The notes below the pieces were generated by a model. The model saw only the letters and a list, made by a program, of their open reading frames with translations. It did not search any database and had not been told where the DNA came from. From Candidatus Latescibacterota bacterium (GTDB lineage Bacteria > Latescibacterota > UBA2968 > UBA8231), in the NCBI GenBank assembly GCA_965248355.1, contig OZ252098.1, positions 288,001-352,000 on the forward strand: DNA of 64,000 bases, given 5' to 3'. Of this stretch, positions 37,470-47,151 are shown piece by piece (position 1 is the stretch's first letter; each line of letters opens with the position of its first letter). The position numbers and the translations under genes were made by a program.

Positions 37470-38825
37470 TCAGGCGCTGCCGCGGAGATGGCCCTTCGCC
37501 TGCTCGGAGGCCAGCGACAGAAGCTCGGCGTCGGCCACGCAGAACACGCGGAAGATCCGGGCCTGGTCCTCGAAGTTGTCGACCAGCGATTCCCGCAGGC
37601 GGGAGACCTCGGGATCGTCGAAGCTCAGAGGCTGCGGTTTGTCGGAGGGTACGGCGGCGCCGTAGAAGACCCTGAGGTCGACCTGGGGCGTCTTGTGGAA
37701 GCTCGGGATGTCGATGAGGATCTCGTGGCCCGTGATCCCGCGGCCGAGCTGCTCGCCGAAATTCCGGCTCAGGGCGATCTCCTTGAGGCGCCGCCGGTCC
37801 GGGTGCTGGTACAGGTCGTGGAGGTAGTGGAGCAGGCCCTGCTTGCGCTCCCCGGGAAAGACGTAAGCCGCCAGCTTGTGCAGACGCCGGTGCACGACCC
37901 CGTCGAGGAGCGCCCGGGCGCCTTCCAGGCCGAGCCGCTCCTGCTCGCTGCGCAGGGCCATGAGCAGCTCTCCCTCGGTGACCCGGTGGAAGTCGGTGAC
38001 CTGGATCGACCTGTCGGGGTGCTGCAGGACATCCTGCACCGAGCGCTTGAACATGGCCGTGGCCGAACGCACGGCGTGATGCCAGTAGACGTTGCGGTAC
38101 ATGAGGTAGTTGGTGAAGACCAGGGATTCCACGGCCGACACCCCCTTGCTGCGGATGGCCAGCTGACGGCGCCGGGCGTCGTAGGCGATGGCGGCGATCA
38201 GCCGGTCGCGGTTGACGCTCTCGCCGAAGGGGACCCCGCAGAACAGGGAGTCGCGCAGCAGGTAGTCGATCTTGTCCGGGTCGAGGGTGCCGCTCAGGAT
38301 GCGGGCCAGCATCAGGTCGCGCTGCGGGATCTCGCGATCCTTGGCGGCGTAGTCGATGACGTTGGCCACCCGCACCGGGTCGATGCCGAGCTCGCCGCGC
38401 AGAACGCGGCCGATCTCCCCGGAGGGCTCTTCGAGGAGCCGACGGGCCCGCTGCTCGTGGCTGACGAAGAAGGGGGTCAACTCCTCGAGGGTGTGGGAGA
38501 AGGGGTAGTGGCCGACGTCGTGGAGCAAGGTGGCGGCCAGGAAGACGCGCACGTCCTGGTCGTCGAGGACCAGGGGTGGATCGGACCGCAGCAGCCGGAC
38601 CAGGAACTGCTTGGCCAGGTGGTAGACGCCGAGGGAATGCTCGAAGCGGGAGTGGCGGGCGCCGGGGTAGACGAGGTGGACGAAGCCGAGCTGGCTGATG
38701 GTGCGCAGCCGCTGGAAGTCCTGGGTGTCGACGAGGGCCAGCAACGGGCCCGGCACGTGGACGTAGCCCCAAACCGGATCCCGGATGGCCTTGCCATCCT
38801 CCTCGAGAAGGGGGTGGAGGGGCAT
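37470..38825 (-). CDS. HD-domain phosphohydrolase (SAMHD1/dNTPase-like)
   Basis: IRDPVWG, FQRLR.I.QLG, HSRFEHSLG, LHDVGHYPFSH, DKIDYLLRD, MYRNVYWH. Confidence 0.9.
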   Translation of the reverse strand: MPLHPLLEEDGKAIRDPVWGYVHVPGPLLALVDTQDFQRLRTISQLGFVHLVYPGARHSRFEHSLGVYHLAKQFLVRLLRSDPPLVLDDQDVRVFLAATLLHDVGHYPFSHTLEELTPFFVSHEQRARRLLEEPSGEIGRVLRGELGIDPVRVANVIDYAAKDREIPQRDLMLARILSGTLDPDKIDYLLRDSLFCGVPFGESVNRDRLIAAIAYDARRRQLAIRSKGVSAVESLVFTNYLMYRNVYWHHAVRSATAMFKRSVQDVLQHPDRSIQVTDFHRVTEGELLMALRSEQERLGLEGARALLDGVVHRRLHKLAAYVFPGERKQGLLHYLHDLYQHPDRRRLKEIALSRNFGEQLGRGITGHEILIDIPSFHKTPQVDLRVFYGAAVPSDKPQPLSFDDPEVSRLRESLVDNFEDQARIFRVFCVADAELLSLASEQAKGHLRGSA

Positions 38826-38834
38826 CTCGGCGGC

Positions 38835-38910
38835 AATCTACCCAGGCCGAAAAACCCTGTCAAGCAGCCTCCGCGACCGCGTTGACAGTTGTCCTAATGG
38901 TCCCTAAATT
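38835..38910. promoter_or_regulatory. Back-to-back sigma70 promoters (HD gene / ndk operon)
   Basis: Minus strand TTGACA-N17-TAGATT (38863-38835); plus strand TTGACA-N17-TAAATT (38882-38910). Confidence 0.7.
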
Positions 38911-38983
38911 CATGCACTTATGCCAGGCCGGAGCGGTCTCCGCTCCGGCCCTTTTTCGCCGATTCTCAGCGGGGTGATCGCAG

Positions 38984-39385
38984 GTGGAGACGGAGCGCAC
39001 GCTCCTGATCATCAAGCCCGACGCGGTAGCCAGGAAGGCCGTCGGACTGATCCTGGCGCGCCTCGAAGCGGAGGGTTTTCTGTTGCGCGAGGTGCGCATG
39101 GAGCGGCTCACTTCCCGGCGGGCACGGGCGTTCTACGAGGTCCACAGGGAGCGGCCTTTCTACGACGACCTGGTGGCCTTCATGACATCCGGACCCGTGG
39201 TGCCCGCGGTCTTGGAGGGCCCCGACGCCATCGCCCATCTGCGCCGGTTCATCGGCGAGACAGACAGCACCAAGGCGGCGCCGGGCACGATCCGGGCGGA
39301 GTTCGGCACCGACGTGCAGTGCAACGCCGTCCACGCCTCCGACTCTCCGGAGAACGCGGTCCGCGAGATCGGGTTCTTCTTCTGA
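38984..39385 (+). CDS. ndk: Nucleoside diphosphate kinase
   Basis: ERTLLIIKPDAV, FMTSGP, PGTIRA, NAVHASDS. Confidence 0.96.
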   Translation: METERTLLIIKPDAVARKAVGLILARLEAEGFLLREVRMERLTSRRARAFYEVHRERPFYDDLVAFMTSGPVVPAVLEGPDAIAHLRRFIGETDSTKAAPGTIRAEFGTDVQCNAVHASDSPENAVREIGFFF

Positions 39386-39386
39386 G

Positions 39387-39965
39387 GTGGAGCCGCTCTT
39401 GTCCGCCTTGCCGAGCCGTCACGGGCGGCCGACGACGATCCTCCTCGACGAGTTCGAAGAGGGCCGGAGCGAGGGCCGCTTCGAACTCGATCCGGAGCAC
39501 CTCGACCTGGCGGACGCCGACTTCGAGTTCATCGGCCCCGTCGGGGTGACCCTGCGGGTGGTCCGCAGCCTGCAGATGTTCTCGGTGAACGCCTCGCTCC
39601 TCGCCGCGCTGCGCGGCGAGTGCTGCCGCTGCCTGGCCTCGGCCCGGGCACCGGTGGAGGCGCAGATCCAGTTCCTCCTGCAGCGCAAGGAGGCCACCGA
39701 GGACGAGGCGGCGGCCCTGGAGGAGGAGGAGGAGGTCGACATCGTCGATCCCGGGGTCAAGGAGGTCGACCTCGCCGACCGCCTGCACGACGCTCTGGTG
39801 CTGGAGATGCCCTTGCGGATCTATTGCAAGCCAGACTGCCTGGGCTTGTGCCCCCACTGCGGGGGGGACCGAAACCACGTCACCTGCTCCTGCGTCGACG
39901 AGGTCTCCGATTCCCGGTGGGAGGTCCTTGCCCAACTGAAGCCGCAGCCGAGCCAAAGAAGCTGA
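39387..39965 (+). CDS. yceD: DUF177 / YceD family protein
   Basis: CCRCL, CKPDCLGLCPHCG..N...CSC, D.RW..L; upstream of rpmF. Confidence 0.9.
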   Translation: MEPLLSALPSRHGRPTTILLDEFEEGRSEGRFELDPEHLDLADADFEFIGPVGVTLRVVRSLQMFSVNASLLAALRGECCRCLASARAPVEAQIQFLLQRKEATEDEAAALEEEEEVDIVDPGVKEVDLADRLHDALVLEMPLRIYCKPDCLGLCPHCGGDRNHVTCSCVDEVSDSRWEVLAQLKPQPSQRS

Positions 39966-39975
39966 GGGAGAGAAG

Positions 39976-40158
39976 ATGGCCGCCGTACCGAAGCGCAGGA
40001 TCTCACGGAGCCGCCGCGACAGGCGCCGCACCCACTGGAAGCTGAGGGCCGTCTCCGTCACCACATGTTCCAACTGCGGCCAGCCGGCGCGTCCCCATCG
40101 CGTCTGCAAGAGCTGCGGGCACTACCGGGGCCGCGCCTACCTCGAACCCGCCGACTAG
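39976..40158 (+). CDS. rpmF: 50S ribosomal protein L32
   Basis: AVPKRRISRSRRDRRR, CSNCG..PHRVCKSCGHY. Confidence 0.97.
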   Translation: MAAVPKRRISRSRRDRRRTHWKLRAVSVTTCSNCGQPARPHRVCKSCGHYRGRAYLEPAD

Positions 40159-40299
40159 TGGTTCATCCAGGTAACAATGCTGGATAGAGGCGGTGCAGCT
40201 TGATGCGCGCCTTCTCGGTGGTGAATCGCCATTTGACCGGGGCTTGGCTGTTCTCGCGTTGCGACAGCCAAGCCTGGACCTGTTGGCTCAGTTGCTGAA

Positions 40300-41723
40300 G
40301 GGCAAGTCCCATTTTCAGTTGAAACGTAGCCCAGGCTCGAGTGGATGAGTCAGCCCGTCATCGCGAGCTGCTGGATGCCGAGCTCGGCTTGGAGCGCTTG
40401 CCGGAGCATCGGCAGGTGGTGGTAGCCGTTGACCCGGCGGAGGCGAGGTTCGATGTCAAGCAACGCCGTGGCGACCCAGCGGTGACGCTGCGACGAGTTC
40501 GTCCAGCGCCGCACGTTGTGCGTCAACTGCTCCAGGAGACTGTTGACGTTCTCGATACAGTTGGTGGTACGGAAGGAGGCCTTCAGCATCGGCATCAGGC
40601 CCAGGCGGTGGAGCGTGAGGGTTTCTTGCTGGCCTTCCTCCAAGCTGCGCAGGGCCGACTGGTTCATCAACTGCAACCCCGGTTTCAGCGCCTCCAGGGC
40701 GGCTTGGGCCTCCTCGTACGTCGAGTGCCCATACGCCGCTTCCAGCTTTCGACGAAGGCCGGCCTGCTCGCTCTTGGGCAGGTACGAGACCACGTTCTGG
40801 CGCTTGTGATACTGGCATCGCTGCACGCAGGCATGGCCTTGAAGCACCGACCGCACCGCCTTGTACAGGCCCTTGCCTCCATCGATCACCACGAGCAGCC
40901 CGGCTTCGTATTGCAGGCCCCGCTCGACCAGCTCCGCCAGGAAGCGGCGACAGACGCGCTCGTTCTCGGTGGCCGCCTGCACGAAGCCCAAGGGCACCTT
41001 CTGGCCCTCCAGAGTCACACCCAGGGCGATGAGGATCTCCTCGTCGGCGAAGCTCTTGCCGTCCAGAAACAGCGCCACCAGGTCGTAGCCTTCCAGGGAT
41101 CGCTGCTGGAATTCGGCCAGCTTGCGCGCCGTGCCTTTCACGTACCGGCGAGAGACCGAGGAACGGGACAGACCGAAGGCTTGCGGGACGGTCTCGGCGC
41201 AGGCCTCGTAGTTGCGCGTGGCCAAGCCCTTCAGCACCCGCAACAACAGCCCCTGGTCCATCTGCCTCGGCGTCTGCAGGGCCTGATAGGCCTCCAGCGG
41301 GACCTCGGTGCCGCGGACCACATCGCGCACGCGCGGCACCTCGACCGGCAGTTTCTGATCGCCCAGGTACACCGACCCGGCCTGCGCCCCCCAGCGGCGC
41401 AACGCCTGATCCGGACCCTTGCGCTGATACCGAGGTCCGGCCAAGGCCTCGACCGACTGCTGCAGCTCCTCCGAGACCGCCTGCAGACCCAAAGGGATCA
41501 GCAGCTGGATGACCTCGATGCGAGTCTCCAGATCGTCCATCGACGCGGTGGCTTGGCGGTTCACGGGGCCGATGGCCACGGTCCGTTTGACGCCCTTCTT
41601 CCGTGCTTGTAGCTTGCTCATGGCAGGCTCCTTGGGTTACCGATACGAGGCTTCTTGGGGATTTCTCGTATCAAACGTAACGATGGGAGCCTGTGCTATT
41701 TCAACTAAGATCGGGACAATGCC
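40300..41723 (-). mobile_element. IS256-family insertion sequence
   Basis: IRs GGGCAAGTCCCATTTTCAGTTGAAA and (reverse complement) GGCATTGTCCCGATCTTAGTTGAAA; 8-bp flanks TTGCTGAA / TAGTTGAA. Confidence 0.88.
40350..41621 (-). CDS. IS256 family transposase
   Basis: LFLDG, VIDGGKGL, QRCQYHK, RTTNCIE DDE motifs; intact 423-aa ORF. Confidence 0.93.
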   Translation of the reverse strand: MSKLQARKKGVKRTVAIGPVNRQATASMDDLETRIEVIQLLIPLGLQAVSEELQQSVEALAGPRYQRKGPDQALRRWGAQAGSVYLGDQKLPVEVPRVRDVVRGTEVPLEAYQALQTPRQMDQGLLLRVLKGLATRNYEACAETVPQAFGLSRSSVSRRYVKGTARKLAEFQQRSLEGYDLVALFLDGKSFADEEILIALGVTLEGQKVPLGFVQAATENERVCRRFLAELVERGLQYEAGLLVVIDGGKGLYKAVRSVLQGHACVQRCQYHKRQNVVSYLPKSEQAGLRRKLEAAYGHSTYEEAQAALEALKPGLQLMNQSALRSLEEGQQETLTLHRLGLMPMLKASFRTTNCIENVNSLLEQLTHNVRRWTNSSQRHRWVATALLDIEPRLRRVNGYHHLPMLRQALQAELGIQQLAMTG

Positions 41724-42835
41724 TAGTTGAATCGTTGCGATGCGTCGGTCCAGACACTGCCGGGACAGCATCTTCAACCCGATTTCGGCCATGTTGAGCC
41801 AACTGCCCCGTTTCGGGGTGAAATGAATGTCGATCTTGTCGGCGATGCGTTTGGCCTCGGCCGGCGCAAAGACATCGTACAACGCCGCCTTCTGGTGCGA
41901 ACTCAGGTTGTCCATGACCAAGGTCAGGCGCTCGGCCTCCGGGTAGTAGCGGTCGACCAGGTCTTTCATCACCCGAGCCCAATCTTTCTTGGTGCGCTGC
42001 TGCGTGACCTGGACGTGGCAGCGGCCGGTGAGCGGTTCCAGCATCATGAAGACGTTGGCCACGCCCTGGCGGACATAATGATGATCATACCGGGCCGGAT
42101 GGCCCGGAATCGCCGGCCGAGGGGCCTGCACCTCGCCCACCAGTTGTTTGCTGGTCTCGTCCAGGCAGACCGTGGGATGTTGGGGACGGTTTCCGGGCTG
42201 ACCCGGTCGACCACTTCCAAGGCCACCAGGCGGTCGGCCAGCAATCGGAGGGTCCAGCCCTTTCTCCCCTCCGGCGGCGGACTGCAGGCCAGCGCGACGA
42301 GACGAGCCTCGCCTTCCCCGTCGATCTTCTTGGCCCGGCGATTCTTCTGCTCCTTGCGCTGCAGGGCGGCCTCCAGGCCTTCTTCGACGAATCGCCTGCG
42401 TAGACGCTCGACCGTGCTGGGATGGACCTCGAGCGCCGGCCCGATCCGTTCGTCGGTCCAGCCCTCTCCCTGCGGTCCTTGATCCGTCTTCAGGAGAAGG
42501 CGCGCATGCCGCTGCTTGAAAGCCGCCGCTTTCCCCTTGGAGATCAGATCGCGCAACCCGGTGCGCTCCTCGGCTGTGAGAGTGACGATGTATCTCTTCT
42601 TGGGCAACGCCGTACTCCTTTTCCAACAAAGGGGATGGGGAAAAAGGATACGGCTGCCACTCTTGTTCCGCAATTCTAAGTGGATTGACCACTAGGGTCC
42701 CGTTGCCCAGGCCCGCCGGGGCTCGTCCGAGCGAGGTGCTCGAAGGACGCTTGGCGGCACGGTCTCTCGTCCGCCGGACGGCCCTCCCCGTCTACGGACC
42801 TCGGTCCTGACCCGGCCGGCGCCGGAGAGTTCCCC

Positions 42836-43843
42836 GTGCCCGATGCGCATTCCGCCGTCCCGACGATTACGGCGGTGGAGCGCGCTCTGCCCGACAAGAT
42901 CGTCACCAACCTCGATCTCGAGCGCCTCGTGGACAGCTCCGATGCCTGGATCCGCGAGCGAACCGGCATCCGCGAGCGCAGGATTCTGGAGGACTCCGGA
43001 ACCTCTGCCCTGGCCACCCAGGTCGCCGAAGGCTTGCTCCGGCGCACCCGGACGGCCGCCGACGAGGTCGACCTGATCATCGTGGCGACCATGACGCCCG
43101 ACATGCTCCTGCCGTCCACGGCCTGTCTCGTGCAAGCGGCCATCGGCGCCACCGGCGCCTGGGCCTTCGATCTGCAGGCCGCCTGCTCGGGGTTCGTGTA
43201 CGCCCTGGTCTCCGGTGCCCAGTTCATCGCCACCGGGGCGCACCGGAAGGTGATGGTCATCGGCGCCGACAAGATGAGCGCCGTGGTGGATCCCACCGAC
43301 CGCGCCACCTGCGTCCTCTTCGGCGACGGGGCCGGAGGGGTCCTGCTCGAGCCGGCGCCGCGGGAGGGCGAGGGCCTCCTGGACTTCGAGCTTCATGCCG
43401 ACGGCCGGGGGGGCGGCGACCTGTTCATCCACGCCGGCGGCAGTCTGCACCCCGCCACCGAAGAGACGGTGGCGGCCAGGCAGCACTTCCTGCACCAGGA
43501 GGGGCGGGCGGTCTTCCGGTTCGCCATTCAGCGGATGGCGGAGGTCTCGCTGTCGCTGCTGGAGCGCAACGGACTGACCCCGAAAGACCTGAAGCTGTTC
43601 GTCCCGCACCAGGCGAACCAGCGGATCATCAACGCCACCGCCGAGCGCATGGGGTTGGAACCGGAGCGTGTTTTCAGCAACATCGAGCGCTACGCCAACA
43701 CCACGGCGGGGACCGTGCCCATCGCCCTCTCCGAGGCGGCGGAGGAGGGCCGTCTGGCGCCCGGCGACCTCGTGCAGCTGACGGCGGTCGGCGCCGGCCT
43801 CACCTGGGGCAGCGTTCTGCTGCGCTGGGGGCGGGTCTCGTGA
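42836..43843 (+). CDS. fabH: 3-oxoacyl-ACP synthase III
   Basis: WIRERTGIRERR, ACSGF, LFGDGAG, PHQAN, YANT, GAGLTWG. Confidence 0.95.
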   Translation: MPDAHSAVPTITAVERALPDKIVTNLDLERLVDSSDAWIRERTGIRERRILEDSGTSALATQVAEGLLRRTRTAADEVDLIIVATMTPDMLLPSTACLVQAAIGATGAWAFDLQAACSGFVYALVSGAQFIATGAHRKVMVIGADKMSAVVDPTDRATCVLFGDGAGGVLLEPAPREGEGLLDFELHADGRGGGDLFIHAGGSLHPATEETVAARQHFLHQEGRAVFRFAIQRMAEVSLSLLERNGLTPKDLKLFVPHQANQRIINATAERMGLEPERVFSNIERYANTTAGTVPIALSEAAEEGRLAPGDLVQLTAVGAGLTWGSVLLRWGRVS

Positions 43844-44766
43844 ACGGCGAGCGGGCCTTTCTCTTTCCCGGCCAGGCCTCCCAGTTCGTGGGCATGGGGG
43901 CCGATCTCCGGGAGCGTTTCCCCGAGGTCCGGGAGCTCTACGAGGAGGCCGACGGGATCCTCGGTTTCGAGCTGTCCAGAGTCTGCTTCCAGGGGCCCAT
44001 GGAACGGCTCAGCCAGACCGAGATCACGCAGCCGGCCGTCTACGTGCACAGCGTCGCCGCCGCCCGCCTGCTGGCCGCCCGCGGCATCCACCCGGACGCG
44101 GTGGCCGGCCACAGCCTGGGCGAGTACTCCGCCCTGACCGCCGCCGGCGTGCTGGAATTCCCGGAGGGCCTGGCCCTGGTGCAGACCCGGGGGCGCCTGA
44201 TGCAGGCCGCCGGCGTCGAGCGGCCGGGCCGGATGGCCGCCGTGATCGGCCTCGACGATGCCGTCGTGACCGGCCTGTGCGAGGAAATCGGCCCGCAGGT
44301 GGTGCCCGCCAATTTCAACGCCCCGGGCCAGGTGGTTCTGTCCGGAGAGGCCGACGCGGTGGCCGGGGCGATGGCCGCCGCCGAGGAGGCGGGCGCCCGG
44401 CGCGTCATCGAGTTGCCGGTGAGCGGTGCCTTCCATTCCCCCCTCATGGGGTCCGCCGCCGAAGGACTGGCGCCGCGACTGGCGGCGACCCGGTTCCGCC
44501 CGCCGTCGGTGCCGGTGGTGACCAACGTGACCGCCGCGCCCGAGACCGACCCACAGGCCCTCAGGCGGCGGCTGCTCGAGCAGATGACGGCGCCCGTGCG
44601 CTGGACTGAGTCGGTGCGGGCCCTGTCGTCCATGGGGGTGGACAGGGCCTTCGAGGTGGGTCCCGGCAGCGTGCTGAAGAGCTTGGTGCGCCGCATCCTT
44701 CGCGACCTGAAGGTGGAGACCGCCGGAACGGCCGAGGAGATGGGCGGCCTCGAAAGCGGTGTCTGA
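43840..44766 (+). CDS. fabD: Malonyl-CoA:ACP transacylase
   Basis: FPGQ, GHSLGEY, VSGAFHS, PVRW, EVGPG. Confidence 0.95.
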   Translation: MNGERAFLFPGQASQFVGMGADLRERFPEVRELYEEADGILGFELSRVCFQGPMERLSQTEITQPAVYVHSVAAARLLAARGIHPDAVAGHSLGEYSALTAAGVLEFPEGLALVQTRGRLMQAAGVERPGRMAAVIGLDDAVVTGLCEEIGPQVVPANFNAPGQVVLSGEADAVAGAMAAAEEAGARRVIELPVSGAFHSPLMGSAAEGLAPRLAATRFRPPSVPVVTNVTAAPETDPQALRRRLLEQMTAPVRWTESVRALSSMGVDRAFEVGPGSVLKSLVRRILRDLKVETAGTAEEMGGLESGV

Positions 44767-44781
44767 GAAAGGAAGGGACCC

Positions 44782-45528
44782 ATGGCAGGTCTCGACGGCA
44801 AAGTAGCCTTGGTCACCGGCGGATCCCGCGGCATCGGGCGGGCGATCGCCCTGCGGCTGGCGGCCGACGGCGCCGCCGTGGCCGTGTGCGCGCGCACGGA
44901 GTCGGCGGCGGCGGCCACGGCCGGGGAGATCGCCGCCCTGGGTGTGCGGGCGCTGGCCTGCACGGCGGACGTCTCCGACGGCGACCAGGCCGCCGCCACG
45001 GTCAAGCGGACGATCGCCGAGCTGGGAGGCATCCACATCCTCGTCAACAACGCCGGCATCCGGCGGGACAATCTGCTGATCCGCATGAAGGAGGAGGATT
45101 GGGATGCGGTGCTGGCGACCAATCTCAGGGGCGCCTTTCACTGCACCAAGGCGGCGGCCCGGCCGATGATGAGGGCCCGGGGTGGACGGATCATCTCCAT
45201 CTCCTCCGTGGCGGGCCTCGTGGGCAACGCCGGGCAGTCCAACTACGCGGCCTCGAAGGCGGGATTGATCGGGTTCACCAAGAGTCTGGCCCGGGAGATG
45301 GCTTCCCGCGGCGTCACGGTGAACGTCGTGGCGCCCGGATACGTGCCGGACACGGGCATGACGACCGATCTGCCGGAGGAGGCCGTCCAGCACCTGATGT
45401 CCCATGTGCCCCTGGGCCGGGCGGGCGCGCCGGAGGAGGTGGCCGACGCCGTGGCTTTTCTCGCCTCGGAGCGGGCCTCCTATATCACCGGCCAGGTGCT
45501 GGCCGTCGACGGCGGGATGACGATGTAG
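44782..45528 (+). CDS. fabG: 3-oxoacyl-ACP reductase
   Basis: TGGSRGIG, NNAGI, GQSNYAASK, YITGQVL.VDGGM. Confidence 0.95.
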   Translation: MAGLDGKVALVTGGSRGIGRAIALRLAADGAAVAVCARTESAAAATAGEIAALGVRALACTADVSDGDQAAATVKRTIAELGGIHILVNNAGIRRDNLLIRMKEEDWDAVLATNLRGAFHCTKAAARPMMRARGGRIISISSVAGLVGNAGQSNYAASKAGLIGFTKSLAREMASRGVTVNVVAPGYVPDTGMTTDLPEEAVQHLMSHVPLGRAGAPEEVADAVAFLASERASYITGQVLAVDGGMTM

Positions 45529-45621
45529 CCGCGCCCTCCGCGCAGGCCGGATCTTCCCGGTTGCGCCGCGTCAGACCCCTGCATATATAGGTGAGCCGCC
45601 CAGACAAAGGAGGAGACCTGA

Positions 45622-45861
45622 ATGGCAACCATCGAAGAGCGGGTGCGCGACCTGATCGTCGAACAACTCGGTGTCAACTCCGAGCAGGTGACCAAGGAAG
45701 CGTCCTTCATCGATGACCTCGGAGCCGATTCGCTCGACACGGTCGAGCTGGTCATGGCCTTCGAGGAGGCGTTCGGGATCGATATCCCCGACGAGGACGC
45801 CGAGAAGATCGCCTCCGTCACCGACGCGATTCAGTACCTCGAAGAGAACGCCAAGACCTGA
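45622..45861 (+). CDS. acpP: Acyl carrier protein
   Basis: [28 protein letters not shown]. Confidence 0.97.
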   Translation: MATIEERVRDLIVEQLGVNSEQVTKEASFIDDLGADSLDTVELVMAFEEAFGIDIPDEDAEKIASVTDAIQYLEENAKT

Positions 45862-45874
45862 GGCGGCACTCGAC

Positions 45875-47116
45875 ATGGCGCGGCGGAGAGCGGTGGTCAC
45901 CGGCTTGGGCGTGCTGGCCCCCAACGGCAACGATCCCGTCGCCTTCTGGGACGCCCTGACCAACGGTCGTTCCGGCATCGGGCCGATCACGCGCTTCGAC
46001 ACCTCCGGTCAAAAGGTCACAATCGCCGGGGAGGTCAAGGGATTTGACCCCGAGGCTTCCCTCGGCCGCAAGGAGGTTCGCCGCAACGATCCCTTCGTCC
46101 ACTACGGTGTGCACGCGGCCACCCAGGCCTTTGCCAACTCCGGCCTCGACATGGACCGCCTCCGGCCCGAGCGCGTCGGGGTCATCTTCGGCTCCGGCAT
46201 CGGCGGCATCTCGACCTTGGAGGATCAGCATACCGTACTCACCGAGCGCGGTCCGGGGCGCCTGAGCCCCTTCTTCGTTCCCATGATCATCAGCGACATG
46301 GCGGCGGGGATGATCTCCATCAAGCTCGGCGCCCGGGGCCCGAACTACACCACCGTGTCGGCCTGCGCCTCGGCGGCCCACGCCATCGGCGAGGCGGGGC
46401 GCAAGATCCAGTACGGCGACGCCGACGTGATGGTCACCGGCGGCTCCGAGGCCGCCGTCACCCCCCTGTCCGTGGCCGGCTTCGCCGCGGCGCGAGCCTT
46501 GGCCTCGCGCAACGGCGAGCCGGAGCGGGCGAGCCGGCCCTTCGACGCCGACCGCAACGGCTTCGTTCTCGGCGAGGGGGCGGGAGCCCTGGTCCTGGAG
46601 GAGTACGAGCATGCCCGCCGCCGCGGCGCCGAGATCTACGGGGTGTTCCGCGGACTCGGATTCACCGCCGACGCCTACCACATCACCGAGATGGCGCCCG
46701 GAGGAGAGGGCGGCGCCAGGGCCATGCGCCTGGCCCTGGAGGACGCCCGCCTGGAGCCGGGGGCCATCGGCTACGTCAACGCCCACGGCACCTCGACCGT
46801 TGTCGGGGACCCGCAGGAGACGGCGGCCCTGAAGACGGTCTTCGGCGACCGGGTGCGGGGCCTGGCCGTGAGCTCCACGAAGTCCATGACCGGCCATCTC
46901 CTAGGCGCCGCGGGCGCCATCGAGAGCATCGCCTGCCTGCTGGCCATCAGGCACGGCGTGCTGCCGCCGACGATCAACTACGACACCCCCGACCCGGCCT
47001 GCGACCTCGACTACGTAGCCAACGAGGCGCGCGAGGTCCGGGTGGACGGCGTCATGAGCAACTCCTTCGGTTTCGGCGGCCACAACGCGGCCCTCGTCTT
47101 CAGCCGCGCCGCCTGA
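45875..47116 (+). CDS. fabF: 3-oxoacyl-ACP synthase II
   Basis: VVTGLG, SACA, NAHGTST, TGHLLGAAG, NSFGFGGHN. Confidence 0.96.
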   Translation: MARRRAVVTGLGVLAPNGNDPVAFWDALTNGRSGIGPITRFDTSGQKVTIAGEVKGFDPEASLGRKEVRRNDPFVHYGVHAATQAFANSGLDMDRLRPERVGVIFGSGIGGISTLEDQHTVLTERGPGRLSPFFVPMIISDMAAGMISIKLGARGPNYTTVSACASAAHAIGEAGRKIQYGDADVMVTGGSEAAVTPLSVAGFAAARALASRNGEPERASRPFDADRNGFVLGEGAGALVLEEYEHARRRGAEIYGVFRGLGFTADAYHITEMAPGGEGGARAMRLALEDARLEPGAIGYVNAHGTSTVVGDPQETAALKTVFGDRVRGLAVSSTKSMTGHLLGAAGAIESIACLLAIRHGVLPPTINYDTPDPACDLDYVANEAREVRVDGVMSNSFGFGGHNAALVFSRAA

Positions 47117-47151
47117 GGTCCCCCTTGTACCCGGATCCTCCCCGCCCGCGG

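Larger units (their letters stand above)
40163..42607 (-). pseudogene. IS630 transposase, split and internally deleted
   Basis: KRYIVTLTAEER...WTLRLLA; VCLDE...VMDNL...SWLNMAEI; C-terminal WRFTTEKARIKLHRLYP at 40163-40299; deletion/frameshift near 42185. Confidence 0.85.
40158..42692 (-). mobile_element. IS630-family element (inactivated), interrupted by an IS256
   Basis: Imperfect terminal IRs GTGGTTCATCC / GGATTGACCAC flanked by TA (40156-57 and 42693-94); transposase pieces on both sides of the IS256. Confidence 0.88.
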
